Below are positions 1 through 12,186 of a DNA stretch of 64,000 nucleotides, piece after piece (position 1 is the first letter of the stretch; each line of letters starts with the position of its first letter). The position numbers were made by a program, and so were the translations under genes. Origin of the DNA: Eledone cirrhosa (Eukaryota); assembly GCA_964016885.1 (NCBI GenBank), contig OZ024742.1, forward strand, positions 16,926,001-16,990,000. Direction: 5' to 3'. The notes under the pieces were generated by a model. That model was not told the DNA's origin. It made no database searches and worked only from the letters and a program-made list of their open reading frames with translations.

Positions 1-70
1 TTTATATCTCCATCAACAAAGATTTCAAGAGCATCTTATTATAGGATCATAACAATATTCTCTTATTTAT

Positions 71-220
71 CACCCCCAACTCACCACCATCGGCATGGGG
101 TTGGGTACCCCCCAACTCACCACCATCGGCATGTAGTTGGCTACCCCCAAACTCACCCCCATCGGCATGGAGTTGGCTACCCACAACTCACCATCATCGG
201 CATGGAGTTGGCTACCCACA
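71..220. repeat. ~36-bp minisatellite, 4+ units (CCCCAACTCACCACCATCGGCATGGRGTTGGSTA)
   Basis: Four adjacent near-identical units without spacers; internal CAACTC/GAGTTG hairpin; one unit is 35 bp. Confidence 0.85.
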
Positions 221-351
221 GCTGTGAACATCGCCCACTTGAACGGCTCTTCCAACGAGCCTCCCTCACGGAAATATACATTTCTCAATATATTTAATCC
301 TTTAGATTCATTAATCCACTACCATAACTACATTGTATTATAATATTTAAA

Positions 352-543
352 GGTGGGGGGTGGCAGTGTCGGTAGAAGGTCGGACGCCATGCTTTGCAGC
401 AAAGAGTTACGCCCATTTATGGTCTGAGTTCAAATCCCGCCGAGGTTAACTTTGCCTTATATCCGTACAGGGTCGATAAAATAAAATACCAGTAATGTAC
501 TGGGTAATTGCTGGCCTTGTGCCAAAAGTAGAAACAATTATAA
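352..543 (+). mobile_element. tRNA-derived SINE, family A (about 20 copies in window)
   Basis: A-box-like TGGCAGTGTCGGTAGA, B box GAGTTCAAATCCC, conserved body ...GGGTCGATAAAATAAA.TACCAGTAA, 3' end GGCCTTGTGCCAAAAGTAGAAACAATTAT. Confidence 0.85.
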
Positions 544-717
544 TATTTAAGTTAAGAAGTTAGCTTTACATGGTGGTGGAGCAAACTTCTTAACGAGATG
601 ACTATACTTGAGCGTAGAAATATCCACGATCCCGAGCAGACAACTGATGAAGAAACATTTTCTCCCGTTCTCATTTATAAGTACACCTTATCCAGCAACT
701 ACACAGCCCCTGTTTCT

Positions 718-754
<37 letters not shown>

Positions 755-855
755 TCACGTCTCTAATTCTCTAATTCTGTATCATCCCGCAATTGAATCT
801 CTAAAATTTGTAACCATTTCTGTGCATCATATTCAGTAATGGTTCATCCTACTCA

Positions 856-1040
856 TGCCACCCCTGGCAGTGGAGACTTCTGGTGTCCTCGGCACCAGGG
901 CTACCTCCCTACTCACCACCATAGGCGCTGAGCTGGCCAGCCGCAGTGTGAGCCCCGCGAGATGGAGTGGCTTTTCCACCGCGTCTCTCTTGCCGTCCTC
1001 CGCGGAAACGCCTTCTCCCTCCTGTCCGCGGGGCTGTGTG
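856..1040 (-). repeat. GC-rich interspersed repeat (probable LINE 5' UTR or SINE); other copies at 14993-15063 and 52845-53030 (+)
   Basis: Shared GAAGGYGTTTCCSCGGAGRACGGCAAGRGAGACGC; GGCCAGCTCAGCGCCTAT...GCCGAGGACACCAGAAGTCTCC shared with the 52.9-kb copy. Confidence 0.7.
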
Positions 1041-3687
1041 TGTGTGGGGGGGGGGGGGGGAGCATCGCGTAACATTCCAAACACAAAACCTGTTTATTTA
1101 GTCTCCATCTATCTATCTATTTGTCAGTTAAAAGCTGGTCTTTCTTTTAACATTTTAGAGAGAGAGGCACAATGTTGAATTACATGACTTTATGTAAGTG
1201 TATGGGAGAGAGAATTAAATCATTATTATTATTTACTCACAGAGTAACAACTGTATCTAAAAGACTCGACGATCTCCCCGGAAAATGTACATATCGAGTA
1301 ATATTGTCAAATCTCAATGAGGCTTTATTGGAATACTTCTTCTATGCGTGGGGTGGCTACACACGAAAAGATCGTAGACTGCACCCAAAAGAAAGTCACA
1401 GGATGATAATAGAGGGATTACCAATGTGCTCCACTGTACTTTCCGAAACTCAGTGTCTGTCACTTTAGCTCTTCAACTGCTACTACTAGCCAATGCGCTC
1501 CTCAGAGCTTGTTAGGTTCACACATCTTCCACTAATACGCACTCGAAATATTTAGCTCTCTTCTCTCATTCCACATTCTGCTTCTCCTTTCACAGACTAA
1601 ACATTTTGCTTAATATTTCCTCTCTAGAAGCGTTGCTGCATGTCGCAATCAATGTCTGGAATGGTATAATTTAAGATTTGTAACGAATGATTGATTCAGA
1701 AGTATGTGTAAGTAGATGGATTAATATTAAGAGCAATATATATGTTGAAGGAATAATGTGATAGTATTAACCCTAGTACAATAAAACTCTACATTATATA
1801 ATTGATCTGAGGATATCAAACAGAATCGGTACAATTATGAATATTGTGGTTAAAAGTAGGTTACTTTAAGTTCGAAATTAAAATCTCGAGGAAGACAATT
1901 TTGCGTTGCTTTGTTTTGCTGTCACTTAAATGATTAAAAAAACTCTATTGTGAAAAACTTTAGGACTTGCGTCAACTTGAAAAATCGATATGTTAATCAA
2001 TCTTATAGATAAAGAAAATACATTTTAAATTACCAATATATCACAAAAGCAGGTCATGCCCTTGTCGTGAATATAGGAAAATAATGACATGACTGCAAGA
2101 ATACATTATTTAAGGTATGTCACATAGATACAGAAATTCCGTGTTAAAAACTGAAAAAATATTTGGGAAATAACTGAAAGACTTCCATGATTAGATATTC
2201 ACATAATTAATCTGCAAGGAAGATACGAACAGATTTAAGGCAAAAAGAACTGAAAAAAAAGCATCGTATAAATTGGTCAATTTTAAGTTTGTCTAGACAT
2301 AATGAAAAAGAAACATCGAAAAATAAAAAGAAAAATACGATGTTTATAGAAAAATGAAAAAGTCTCTTATGGTAGACAGGATTTGGTGTCATAGAGTGTA
2401 TGAATTACAACAGGTTGGTTATGTAAAAGAAATAAACTACATGAGAAGTATGTTATATATGATTGTGAGGGAAAAGTGAGTTGAGTTTATGGATAAGGAT
2501 GTGTGTGAATATGTTTCTGTGTAGGATGAATAAGGTATGAAGATGCTGGGTGTTGTGTGTAAGGTATCATAATATTGGGCGTAGGGATGTGATGGAGTTG
2601 TGAATGTATGCTTAGAGTAGTTGTTTATTAATGGGTGAATGTGTAATTACATCGTTTGCCATATTGTGGGTAAAAGTAGTGAAAGATATATTATGTTTGT
2701 ATGGGGTGATCAATGGAATCTGTTCGCTAATACTAACAGTGGAATGTTGAATTTTAGTAAGGTATCACTTGTTTATGACAAAGTGTAAGTACCAAACTGC
2801 GGTAGAAAACCCAAATCTTTCGAGATATCCGTCTCCACTTCAATCCTAGCAGCTACACTGACACAACCAGGAAGTTATGCTTGAAAAATAATCGAAACAA
2901 ACATTATTTTAGAAAAGGAAAAAATTGATTAAGGTTCCCGCAGTTAACATGGATTGATTCTTTGATGGTCTTCACCCCTCCCCCCTGCCACACTTAATAA
3001 GACAGACAACGGGAGATATCTCCGTTTGTTGAATACTTGTGAATTATCACACAAACCATAGATCAAATTAATGGATTTGATTGATTCATGGAGACGTATA
3101 TAGAGGCTTCCAATAAAAACAACAAGATATTAATAGAATAGAAGCAAGGAATAGAAATTGGTGGGTGTGATCAATATTGTTGTTGGGAGATGTGATGAGT
3201 TATGATGGGGTGATATATCAGATGAGGATTGTAAATCTTGAGACAAATGTTAAAAAACATATAACAACATTAAACTGTCTGTTGCATTCAGATATGCAGG
3301 TAATGATACACAATATCTGTGTAAAATAAACTGCATTGTTAATAAAATAAAGACTATAATAAAACATATTCTTCATATATTGAATCAAAGTAATAAAATA
3401 TCTTATCACAATTTTGCAGCAATAACCATTTAGTATAGAAGAAAAAGAAAAACAGACTGAAATATATTTATAACCACAGTATAAATAACCAGTGAAGAAA
3501 TAGTTATTGAAAAATACATACATACGCTCTGCACACACGAACATAAATACATACACATACATACAGACAGACAGACAGACAGACACACGTACGTATACAC
3601 ATACATGGATAAACACATATATGCATACATACTTACAAGCATAATACATACATACATTATGTACATATATACTATATATATATTCTT

Positions 3688-4010
3688 GCTGAGGATGGCT
3701 CTGAACATTAATCAATATACACTGAGGATGAAGAACTCAGAGCTGTACGGGAGCCTCCCGTACAGCTCGAGAGTAGCACAGAGGAGACTGAGGTTAGCTG
3801 GAAATGCTCACCGACATTCAGAGTTGACACTGCACACAGTGCTCCTGTAGGAGCCCCTGCATCGACACACTGGAAGAGGAAGACCGAGGTTAACATATGT
3901 TGATGCCCTGAGGACAGACACTGGTCTCTTGGAGAGGCAGGACATGGCAGCGATAATGAGGGACAGAGACCGCTGGAGAGAACTCGTCCATGGATCTCGG
4001 GAATTTTACC
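3688..4010 (+). mobile_element. 3' fragment of RTE-type LINE
   Basis: LRMALNI..MKNSELYGSLP..QRRLRLAGNAHRH then RGRPRLTYVDAL, a typical RTE C-terminus; followed by (CT)n. Confidence 0.7.
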
Positions 4011-4096
<86 letters not shown>

Positions 4097-4107
4097 CGGC
4101 GATGAAT

Positions 4108-4712
4108 TAGTTTTGCGAGATTTTTTATATGAAATCGTGTGGTGTCGAAACAAATATTGTTATACTTGGGGAGGGTCATATTTGTGTAATAATATTGCCA
4201 GAATTAATAACAGAACACACTCACTGTTTGCTTGGTTTTCGCTTCTGTGTCTTTTATATCAGTTAATTTAATTTATTCGGTCCTCAATGTTGCCATTGAC
4301 TGACCAACGGTCAAAAATACAGATACAATATAGACACAAACACATATATATAGTCTAACAAAGTTCTTTCGTTGCACATCTACAACATCGTCAGTGGTGC
4401 TATTATGTTTCCTCCCGTTGTATTGTATGCCTACTCCATCTTTATTTAGTCTGTTTATTTATTTATTTATTTTTTGTGTTTTCTCTGCGCATGCGTTTGC
4501 GTGTGTGTATAGTGTTTTGTTTGATGTGTGTTCGTGTTTGGGTGACTGTGTATTGTTTATTGTAGTCTATCTTAGTTTACTAGTGTGTGTTTATATGTGT
4601 TTGTTGTTATTGTGCTTGTGTATGTATTTATTTATTTATTTATTTATACTTCTCTGCTATTAATTCTGGCAATATTATTACACAAATATGACCCTCCCCA
4701 AGTATAACAATA
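4108..4712 (-). mobile_element. Solo pseudo-LTR of PLE2 family with short inverted 5' piece
   Basis: Homologous to 8083-8625; inverted repeat 4154-4210/4658-4712; HHR at 4357-4398; flanked by (TA)n. Confidence 0.8.
4357..4398 (-). ncRNA. Minimal type I hammerhead motif
   Basis: CTGACGA-tgttgtagatgtgcaac-GAAA-gaac-TT on minus strand; weak stem I. Confidence 0.65.
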
Positions 4713-4721
4713 TATATATAT

Positions 4722-4755
<34 letters not shown>

Positions 4756-4974
4756 ATATATATATGTGTGTAGCAAAACATATATGCTGACTATAATATT
4801 CCACCATCGGATTGATCTGCAATAACAACCTACTCTCTGGAAAATCTTTCCGTATCCCCCCCTCTACAAACAGGACTTCTTCATATTAGAACTCTAGAAT
4901 CCTCATTTATTTTATGCCGGGATCACGTTGTTTGTCTCTCAGGATATTGAAAGCCATATCATCTTGTGATATTC

Positions 4975-5222
4975 ATATGACATGATTTTTACGGCCTTTT
5001 ATGATCAAAGTTCAAATCCCGCCGAGTTTAACTTTAATCGACTTTCCCCTCCCCCAAAATTGCTGGCCTTGTGCCTATATAAGAAACCATTACTTTTTAC
5101 GGTCTGAGTTCAAATCCTGCCGAGGTTCACTTTACCTTTCATCCTTACGGGATTGATAAAATAAAGTACCAGTAATGTACTGGATTATTGCTGGCCTTGT
5201 CCCCAAAATAGAAACAATAATT
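4975..5222 (+). mobile_element. Two tandem partial SINE A copies
   Basis: Two GTTCAAATCC B boxes and two GCTGGCCTTGT..AGAAAC.AT tails. Confidence 0.75.
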
Positions 5223-5647
5223 TCTCTACCGTGGTGGATTGGCAAAAAATGGCAAAAACCTGAAAGAAAATATGTACTGTGTACAAAGAGGATGCGGTTA
5301 AAGAAACGTATGCGCGAGAGGTAGTTTTTTTCACGTTGGTCCAACCACATCGGTTGTTGTATAAGATTAACATTTTGTCCCACCCATCAACGCGATCAAG
5401 AAATAGGTCGTTTTTGTTGGACAAAAGAAGCAAAGAGCAAACTCATGACGGCGATTTTTCTGATTTTAGTTTGATTCGTGTGGAACCCATTTCTGAAGCT
5501 TCTTCAACTTTCTAATTCGGTTTAACTGTCCATTCACCTATCCTGCTAGCTCTTGAGCAGTCGTGTTAATATTTACTTCAATTCAGGAGGGAATTCACGA
5601 TAAGGCCGATCAATCACCCTATATTTTAGAAAATACCATATATTTTC

Positions 5648-5873
5648 ACTAGCTCTGACAGTTGGGAGGTGAACAGTGAGCTGTACCGATGAAGGGTGAT
5701 ACCCAGAAACATTAGTGTCTGCAGTTCTGTTTATATGCCAACACAAGAGCAAGAATCAAGGGTCCATTCTACTGACATGGCTATAACAATGAGGCTTGTT
5801 TGCATAATTGCAAACGAATCGAATGTTATTAATATTCGAAAAACTCAGATTACATTTATTGTATTCAGCCATG
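5648..5873 (+). mobile_element. Non-coding HHR-bearing mini-element (second copy 51838-52062)
   Basis: ~225 bp near-identical to the 51.9-kb copy; HHR 5678-5727: gagctgta-CCGATGA-agggtgataccca-GAAA-cattagtg-TC-tgcagttc. Confidence 0.8.
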
Positions 5874-5888
5874 TAGGGCGAACATTTT

Positions 5889-6013
<125 letters not shown>

Positions 6014-6067
6014 TATAAAATAAAGTTAAATAAAAAGTCAAATGTTTAAAATTTACCTTCGTTTATT

Positions 6068-6122
6068 ACTGCTATATATATTTCAGTGACAGCCATCTTT
6101 GGCTGTGACTTCTTCAGGCAGT
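6068..6122 (-). ncRNA. Minimal type I hammerhead ribozyme
   Basis: actgc-CTGAAGA-agtcacagcc/ggctgtcact-GAAA-tatata-TA-gcagt; perfect 5-bp stem I; palindromic helix III. Confidence 0.85.
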
Positions 6123-6216
6123 TTGAATTAGTGTGGTATAGACAAGTACATATGTTGTTGAGGTGTATAATTTTGTCAATACTCTGATATGCCCAGTTCC
6201 TGGTTGGGTTGTTATT

Positions 6217-7989
6217 TCACTGAGGAACTGGAATCATATGATATTTATACAACCGTTTTGCATTAAGCTTTTTTTTTTATATATTGTTCAATATTAGGGG
6301 CGGTTGAATATGAAAGTCGAATAGTGTTAGGGTTTAAGATTTTATTATATTTATATGATGTTGGAAAGTGTTTTTTAACTAATCGAAAGAATTGTGAGGG
6401 TAGATTGATTTTATAGAGTTGTTATAGACCGGGTTGTACCATATATACTCTTTACATCGCCTTCTGTTTGGTGGTGTGCGACTATTAGTGTCTCTATTGC
6501 GGTAGTGATTCTATGCTATTTCTACATCTATGAGATTTATTTTGGGTGTTTTGGTGATCGTCGACTATATACTCTATATTATCTAGGTGTCCAGCCTTCC
6601 AAAGTGCATCATCATAATATTCGGCATGTTCTTTGAAGGTTTGCTGGTTGGACAACAGGCGGGAGATTCTAAGGGAAATATTTCTAGGGATGGATTTAAT
6701 TATAGAGGGTGGATGGTTAGAACCCGTATTTACATATTTAAGGTTCTCATTTAGTTTATGGAACGGTTTAATCGTATCTGTATTGAGATTGAAAGTAACA
6801 TCAAGGAAATTAACCTCTTTGAGGTTATATTCAAATGTAATATTTAATCCTAGTTCCTTAAAAAGCTTTCTGATATTTTTACGCATCCTTTCTAAATTCT
6901 GGTTATTCATATGCTTAACTAATAGGAGCGCATCGTCACGGTAGATTCCACCGTGGAGATCCTTGAATTTTCCTTGTAGTCTGTGGGTGATATAAATTCC
7001 CACAAGATCAGTTACTTCCGCCGAATCATTGGAACCCATAGTAATATCAAAATTAGAAGGTCTATCTTTGCGAACCCAGTAGCTATCATCAAATTTAACA
7101 ATAGTTTTCCTCGCTTCCATAATAATATTAATTTCAGCATCCGTAAGGTCGGAATTAGCCTTAGCGAACGAAAGAGCTTCATGCAGAGTATCAGGTGAAA
7201 TTGAGGAATAATATTCATCAATATCGAACTGAATAAATTTTGATTTTTTCTTATCAGTAATGCTATTAAATCATCTTATTGCCTCATGGGTGTTACCCCA
7301 TAGTTTAATATCTACTTTAGGCTTAACTTGGGGGGTAATTCTGTCTAGTATATATTTGCTAATTTTGCCTGTATCAGATTTAGAGAGGCATATAAGTCTA
7401 ATTTTAGGGTCAGTATCGAAGTTTACCTTGTGGTCCTTCACGTTGAAGGATGGTGTAGCTGGTGTTAAGGGTTGTGTTCTATCGTCAATACAAAGTTTTT
7501 TAACAATTTCACATGCCGAGTTGTTGATGTTTTTAAGTGTAGCTTCATTAGTTTTCTTGTATTTTTTATGCAATTCCTTACGGATGAAGTTATTGTAAGT
7601 GTCCACATCCATGGTATATACGTTTGATGTTTTGTCTGCTCTAACAATAATTCCATTGGCGTTTTTTAGATTATTGAGCAGTGCCGTGATGTCATTCTGT
7701 AGTTTATTGTTTTTCTGTTTTGTAAATTTGATCTCCATGATCATATCCATTAGGTCTTGTTCAAATGCATCCAAAAGTGGGTTTGAGGGTGGGTTTTTGT
7801 AAGATTTAAATCCAAATTTATCCTTGTTAAGATCTGATGTTTGGTTTTACGGCTTTTGTCAAAGTGGAATGTCTTCCATCTGATTCGTCGAATAAAATCA
7901 TTGGTCCTTCGTATCATACCTAGAATATATTCCTTTTTTGCCTGAATAGGTATGTTTTTTAACGACATATCCAATTGGTGGCTTTCCAT
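6217..7989 (-). pseudogene. PLE reverse transcriptase ORF with frameshifts and a Trp-to-TGA stop
   Basis: Joined from ORFs 7750-7989, 7271-7774, 6494-7120 plus manual translation to ...SYSTAPNIEQY.. Confidence 0.85.
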
Positions 7990-8082
7990 TTTAGAGGCGT
8001 ATGCTGAATTAGTTGCTCAACTGTATAGGAGATTATTAAAATGTCAGGTTATCAATAATGTAGTGATAATATATATATATAT

Positions 8083-11000
8083 GTTTTGCGAGGTCTTTGA
8101 TATGAAATCGTGTGTCGAAACAAATATTGTTATACTTGGGGAGGGTCATACTGTTGTAATAATATTGCCAGAAATAATAACAGAACACACTCACTGTTTG
8201 GTTGGTTTTCGCTTCTGTATCTTTTATATCTCCACAGTTAATTCATTTGGTCCTCAACGTTATCATTGACTGACCAACGGTCAAAAATACAGATATAATA
8301 TAGATATAAACAAATATATATAGTCTAGCAAAGTTCTTACGTTGCACATCTGCAACATCATCAGTGGTACTATTATGTTCCTCCTGTTGTATTGTATGTC
8401 TACGCCATTTTTATTTTATCTGTTTATTTATTTATTTATTTTTGTCTTCTCAGCGCATGCGTTTGGGTGTGTGTATAGTGTTTGGTGTGTGTGTTCGCGT
8501 TTGGGTGACTGTGTTTTGGTTATTGTATTCTATCTTAGTTTACTAGTGTGTGTTTATATGTGTTTGTTTTTATTGTGCTTGTGTATATATTTATTTATTT
8601 ATTTATTTATTTATTTATATTTCTCTTAAGTCAGTATTGTTTGTTTGGATGTTGTTGTTATTCCATTCATTTCTTTCTGCTTACCTTTGGCCTTCTAAGC
8701 TCTATTTCGCTTGCCTCTCTGATTTGCCTATCTGCCGGGTCATTTTTATGTTTAGATATTATTTTAATTTCTATGTTGTCTATGTTACCGTCATGATGTT
8801 GTCTGGTGTGTTTGTATAGTACTGAACCGTTTTTTCTTCCTTTTATTTCCCTCCAGTGTCTCACCTATGTATGTTGTTGTCATGTTTCTGCAAGTACCCT
8901 CTGTACATCTTATGCTATAGACTACGTTTCTAGTTTTACAGTTTATTTGGGGGTTTACTTTACATATGACAAATTTCCTATTAGTACAGTGGGTTTTCTT
9001 AAAAAAGTATGTTTTGCTGATCAGGGATTTCATGGTAGTTCCTGGCTTTTCTACCACTTTAATCTTTAAGTGGGTCTTTCTCAGGGCCTTTCTACACTGT
9101 TTAGCTAATTTCCCTCCGGGGTAGCGTCCACGAATATGACACTCTGGTATCTCTGGTTGTCGTACCATGAGGTGGCTTTTCCTATCTTATGTTTAGTCCT
9201 ATCTAAGCTATTCCATGATTTGCTCCTGCATAATGGGCAAATTCCTTTCATGTCCAGTTCTAAGGGTAGTCGATAGTTACAGTTATACTCTGGTGTATGG
9301 AGTTAGCTATCTGCTGGATGCTTTCCATTGTGCTACATTCTAAATCAGGTGTGTTAGTACTATCTTGTGGGGTGTCCTTATTACTATATTAATATCGTCT
9401 ACGTAACGAGAGTACATGATGAGGTCTATGCAGCTCTCATCAAGGAGATCTTTGAGTCTCCTTTCCCACCATACCATAAAAAGGTTGGCAACATCACCAT
9501 CTTTGCTGACGCCAATGGCTCCTCCCTCATTTTGTGTGTAGATCTTTTCGTTGAATTTGAATATGTGGCCCTTTAGGGTAGTTTTAATACTAGCCCCTAT
9601 TGCATGCGCGACCATTTTTCTTAACTGATCATTGTTTTGGGGGCTCCGTATGGCTTTGGTCCACCCAATGGGGGGTCTACCTCTTCTGGGTCTACTGGGG
9701 CAGAAACGGCTAAGGTCATGGTTGTCTAGGTACTCGGTGTCATAGGTAAGTCTAAGTAGGAGGCCTAGTTCATCTGTGTCGACGTAGCAGAACTCCACCT
9801 CACTCTCACTGATCATCTCCACATATTTTCCCACAGCAAAATCAATGTTAATGGATGGGTACAGTGATACCACGTCCATACTGCCTGTTATGCAGATAGA
9901 TAAGTTGTTGATTTTGTTGCACTCATTGATTCTGCTGAGGATGTCCTCTGTACTGGAAACATCTTGATTATAGGACGTATATCCATTGAGAGGAAGTAGG
10001 AGATCCTGTAGTTGCTAGCTATATTTTCTCCGCATACGGGTCTTGTTGGTGGTCCTGTTGTCGGGTCGTCGACTGTCTTATGGTCTTTGCGGAGCCCATA
10101 CAATGGTGGTATGACATTGTTAGACGCCTGGAAGTTGTTGGCAGTGCGTCTGCTTGGCTTTAGGATGTCGGTCCACATCATCATGTGAGCGTTGATGATC
10201 TTCTCTCTCCCCTCATGTGTTTGTTGTGTAATTTCGCTTGTGTTGGTGATGTGGGGTTGCATAGCCTTGATGTAGTTCGGCATGTTGTCTATTGACATCC
10301 TACCAGACTTATCCGTGGGTGGACACACTACCTCACCATCCCTTGTGCGCTGCTTGAAGCTAACTAAGCCTTCTACAGGTTTCCTTCCAAGTTGTTGGAC
10401 CTCTGGTCTGCTCTGTCTCTTAGTATACCGGTCTACTATTTGTCTAATCTTATTTCTAGCTATGGTGAACTGTGCCTGTCTCGTCATCTATTTGTTGTGG
10501 TATACAAACGCTTTTATTAAAGGGTAACCTCGTAGGATAGATATTATATGTTTTGTCAGCTGGGTTGAAGAATAGTTTCTCTAAGGGGTTGTCATTATAT
10601 TTATCGTCATAGTTGTGTGTGTTGCTATTATTGTTATTATGGTGGTTGTTCCCACCATTAACATTATTATTATTGTTATGATTGTTAGATGTATTGTTGT
10701 TGTTTTCTCTATTGTTATTCATTGTGGTTGTTACTTTTATTTCTTGTTTTTGTTGTTGTGGTTGTTTTTGTGTTAATGTTACTACTATTATTATTTCCTT
10801 TATTACTACTGTGGTTGTTGTTGTTGTGCCTGTCGTTAATGTTTGTATTATTATTATTGTGGTTGTTGTTGTTGTTCTGTCTATCGTTAATATTACTAGC
10901 ATTATTATTATTACTATTTCTCACTCTCCTGCTATTGTTATTGTTATGACTATTTCTATTATAGCTGTTATTTCTATACTCAGAGTTATTGTTTATATTA

Positions 11001-11135
11001 CTACTACCGTTATTATTGTTGTTGTTTATTTTCGCATTCCAACGTATTTTTGTGAAACACATTTCCAGCTCCGTTTTACACTCGATAGGGTTAATCTTTT
11101 TGTACATAGCAAATTTCGGTGGGAGCTGTAGAGCC
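8083..11135 (-). mobile_element. PLE2: decayed Penelope-like element (RT + GIY-YIG; clade uncertain, possibly Neptune/Nematis-like) with 3' pseudo-LTR
   Basis: PTDKSG, LYGLRKDHK, PTRPVCG, MDVVSLYPSI, GGAIG, YSRYVDD, Cys-rich linker, NVVYSIRC..TYIGET, RQIREASEI; decayed HHR 8326-8369 (GAAA changed to GTAA). Confidence 0.85.
8627..11130 (-). pseudogene. PLE RT/GIY-YIG ORF, frameshifted and internally deleted, with poly-Asn/Thr insert
   Basis: ORFs 10715-11107, 10456-10902, 9888-10487, 9340-9879, 8791-9168 and 8667-8864 give consecutive PLE motifs. Confidence 0.8.
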
Positions 11136-11479
11136 TGTTGTTCTTGTAGGTGTGGATGTGTGTGTGTGTGTGTGTTTCAATACAATTACTGAACTATATT
11201 CCACACACACATCCATGTATAAATGTATATATGTATATATGTATGTGTATGAGTAGAATATAGTTGGTTAGTTTTATGGACGAACACAGCAAATATTTTC
11301 ACACTGCTAAATTAGTAATTACGCTGTGTGCACATTACTTGTGAATCTAAATGAAATAAATTGTATACAATTACCGTAACTACACGACAGTCTACTTTCG
11401 AAAGTACTGATGGTTACCTTAGTTTTTACCTTTAAGCTTTCTTCTAATGAACAAAATAGAGAAACACTATGTATGTATA

Positions 11480-12152
11480 TACATTTTCATTTTTTCCATT
11501 TATATATATATCGTAAATTCGTGAGCTGATTTTTCGATACTCGATTATTCTATTATATTTAGCTCTAGACATAGCTATTGACCAGTTAATTTTATTGTTC
11601 ATTTTTGTCGATTCTATTGAATGATGAATAGCTCCTGTTTATTTTAACATGTCTATCGAGCACTCTTATTCGATATGTGTATTACACATTCTCGATTATC
11701 TTTCGCGAATATAGAGGTTATCTCCCTTGCTAGACTCCATGTGCGTTTAGCTATAGTTAATTTCTTCATTCGTCGGACAATGGCCCGTTGATAAAGTTAT
11801 TCCGGTCCTTCTTCTCCCTAGAAGTCTTATATATTTTTATGTGGGCTGATAGGGGGCGGATTAAGGAATAGCAGAAACCCAAGAAGCTAGATTTACCACC
11901 TTTCTAGTTGGTCCGGGTAAGCTTTTTACATTCATATGATTTATTGATTTATTGATATTTTATCTGAGTGACCCGAATCTTCTTGGTCGTAATTTTTCGG
12001 CTGCACGGGTGATTTTAGGCATAATCTTTGTGTGTTGGTATCTTAACGATAGTTATAGCTCTGATTTATCTGAATTATTGAGCCCTCTGCCACTCATGTC
12101 GGATTTTGTTTATCGTAAATTCGTGAGCTGATTTTTCGATACTCGATTATTC

Positions 12153-12186
<34 letters not shown>

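Larger units (their letters stand above)
6026..8070 (-). mobile_element. PLE1: decayed Penelope-like element, Naiad-like RT, no GIY-YIG visible
   Basis: SLKNIPI..FIRRIRWKTFHF N-terminus, ADKTSNVY, KDHK, FIQFDI..YYSSI, FDITMGSNDSAEVTDLVG, GIYRDDAL, NHPPSIIKSIP, IWYNP; HHR tail at 6068-6122. Confidence 0.85.

Noticed and set aside
71-220. 36-bp hairpin repeats as a CRISPR array
   Set aside because: Units are contiguous with no unique spacers; no cas genes; eukaryotic context
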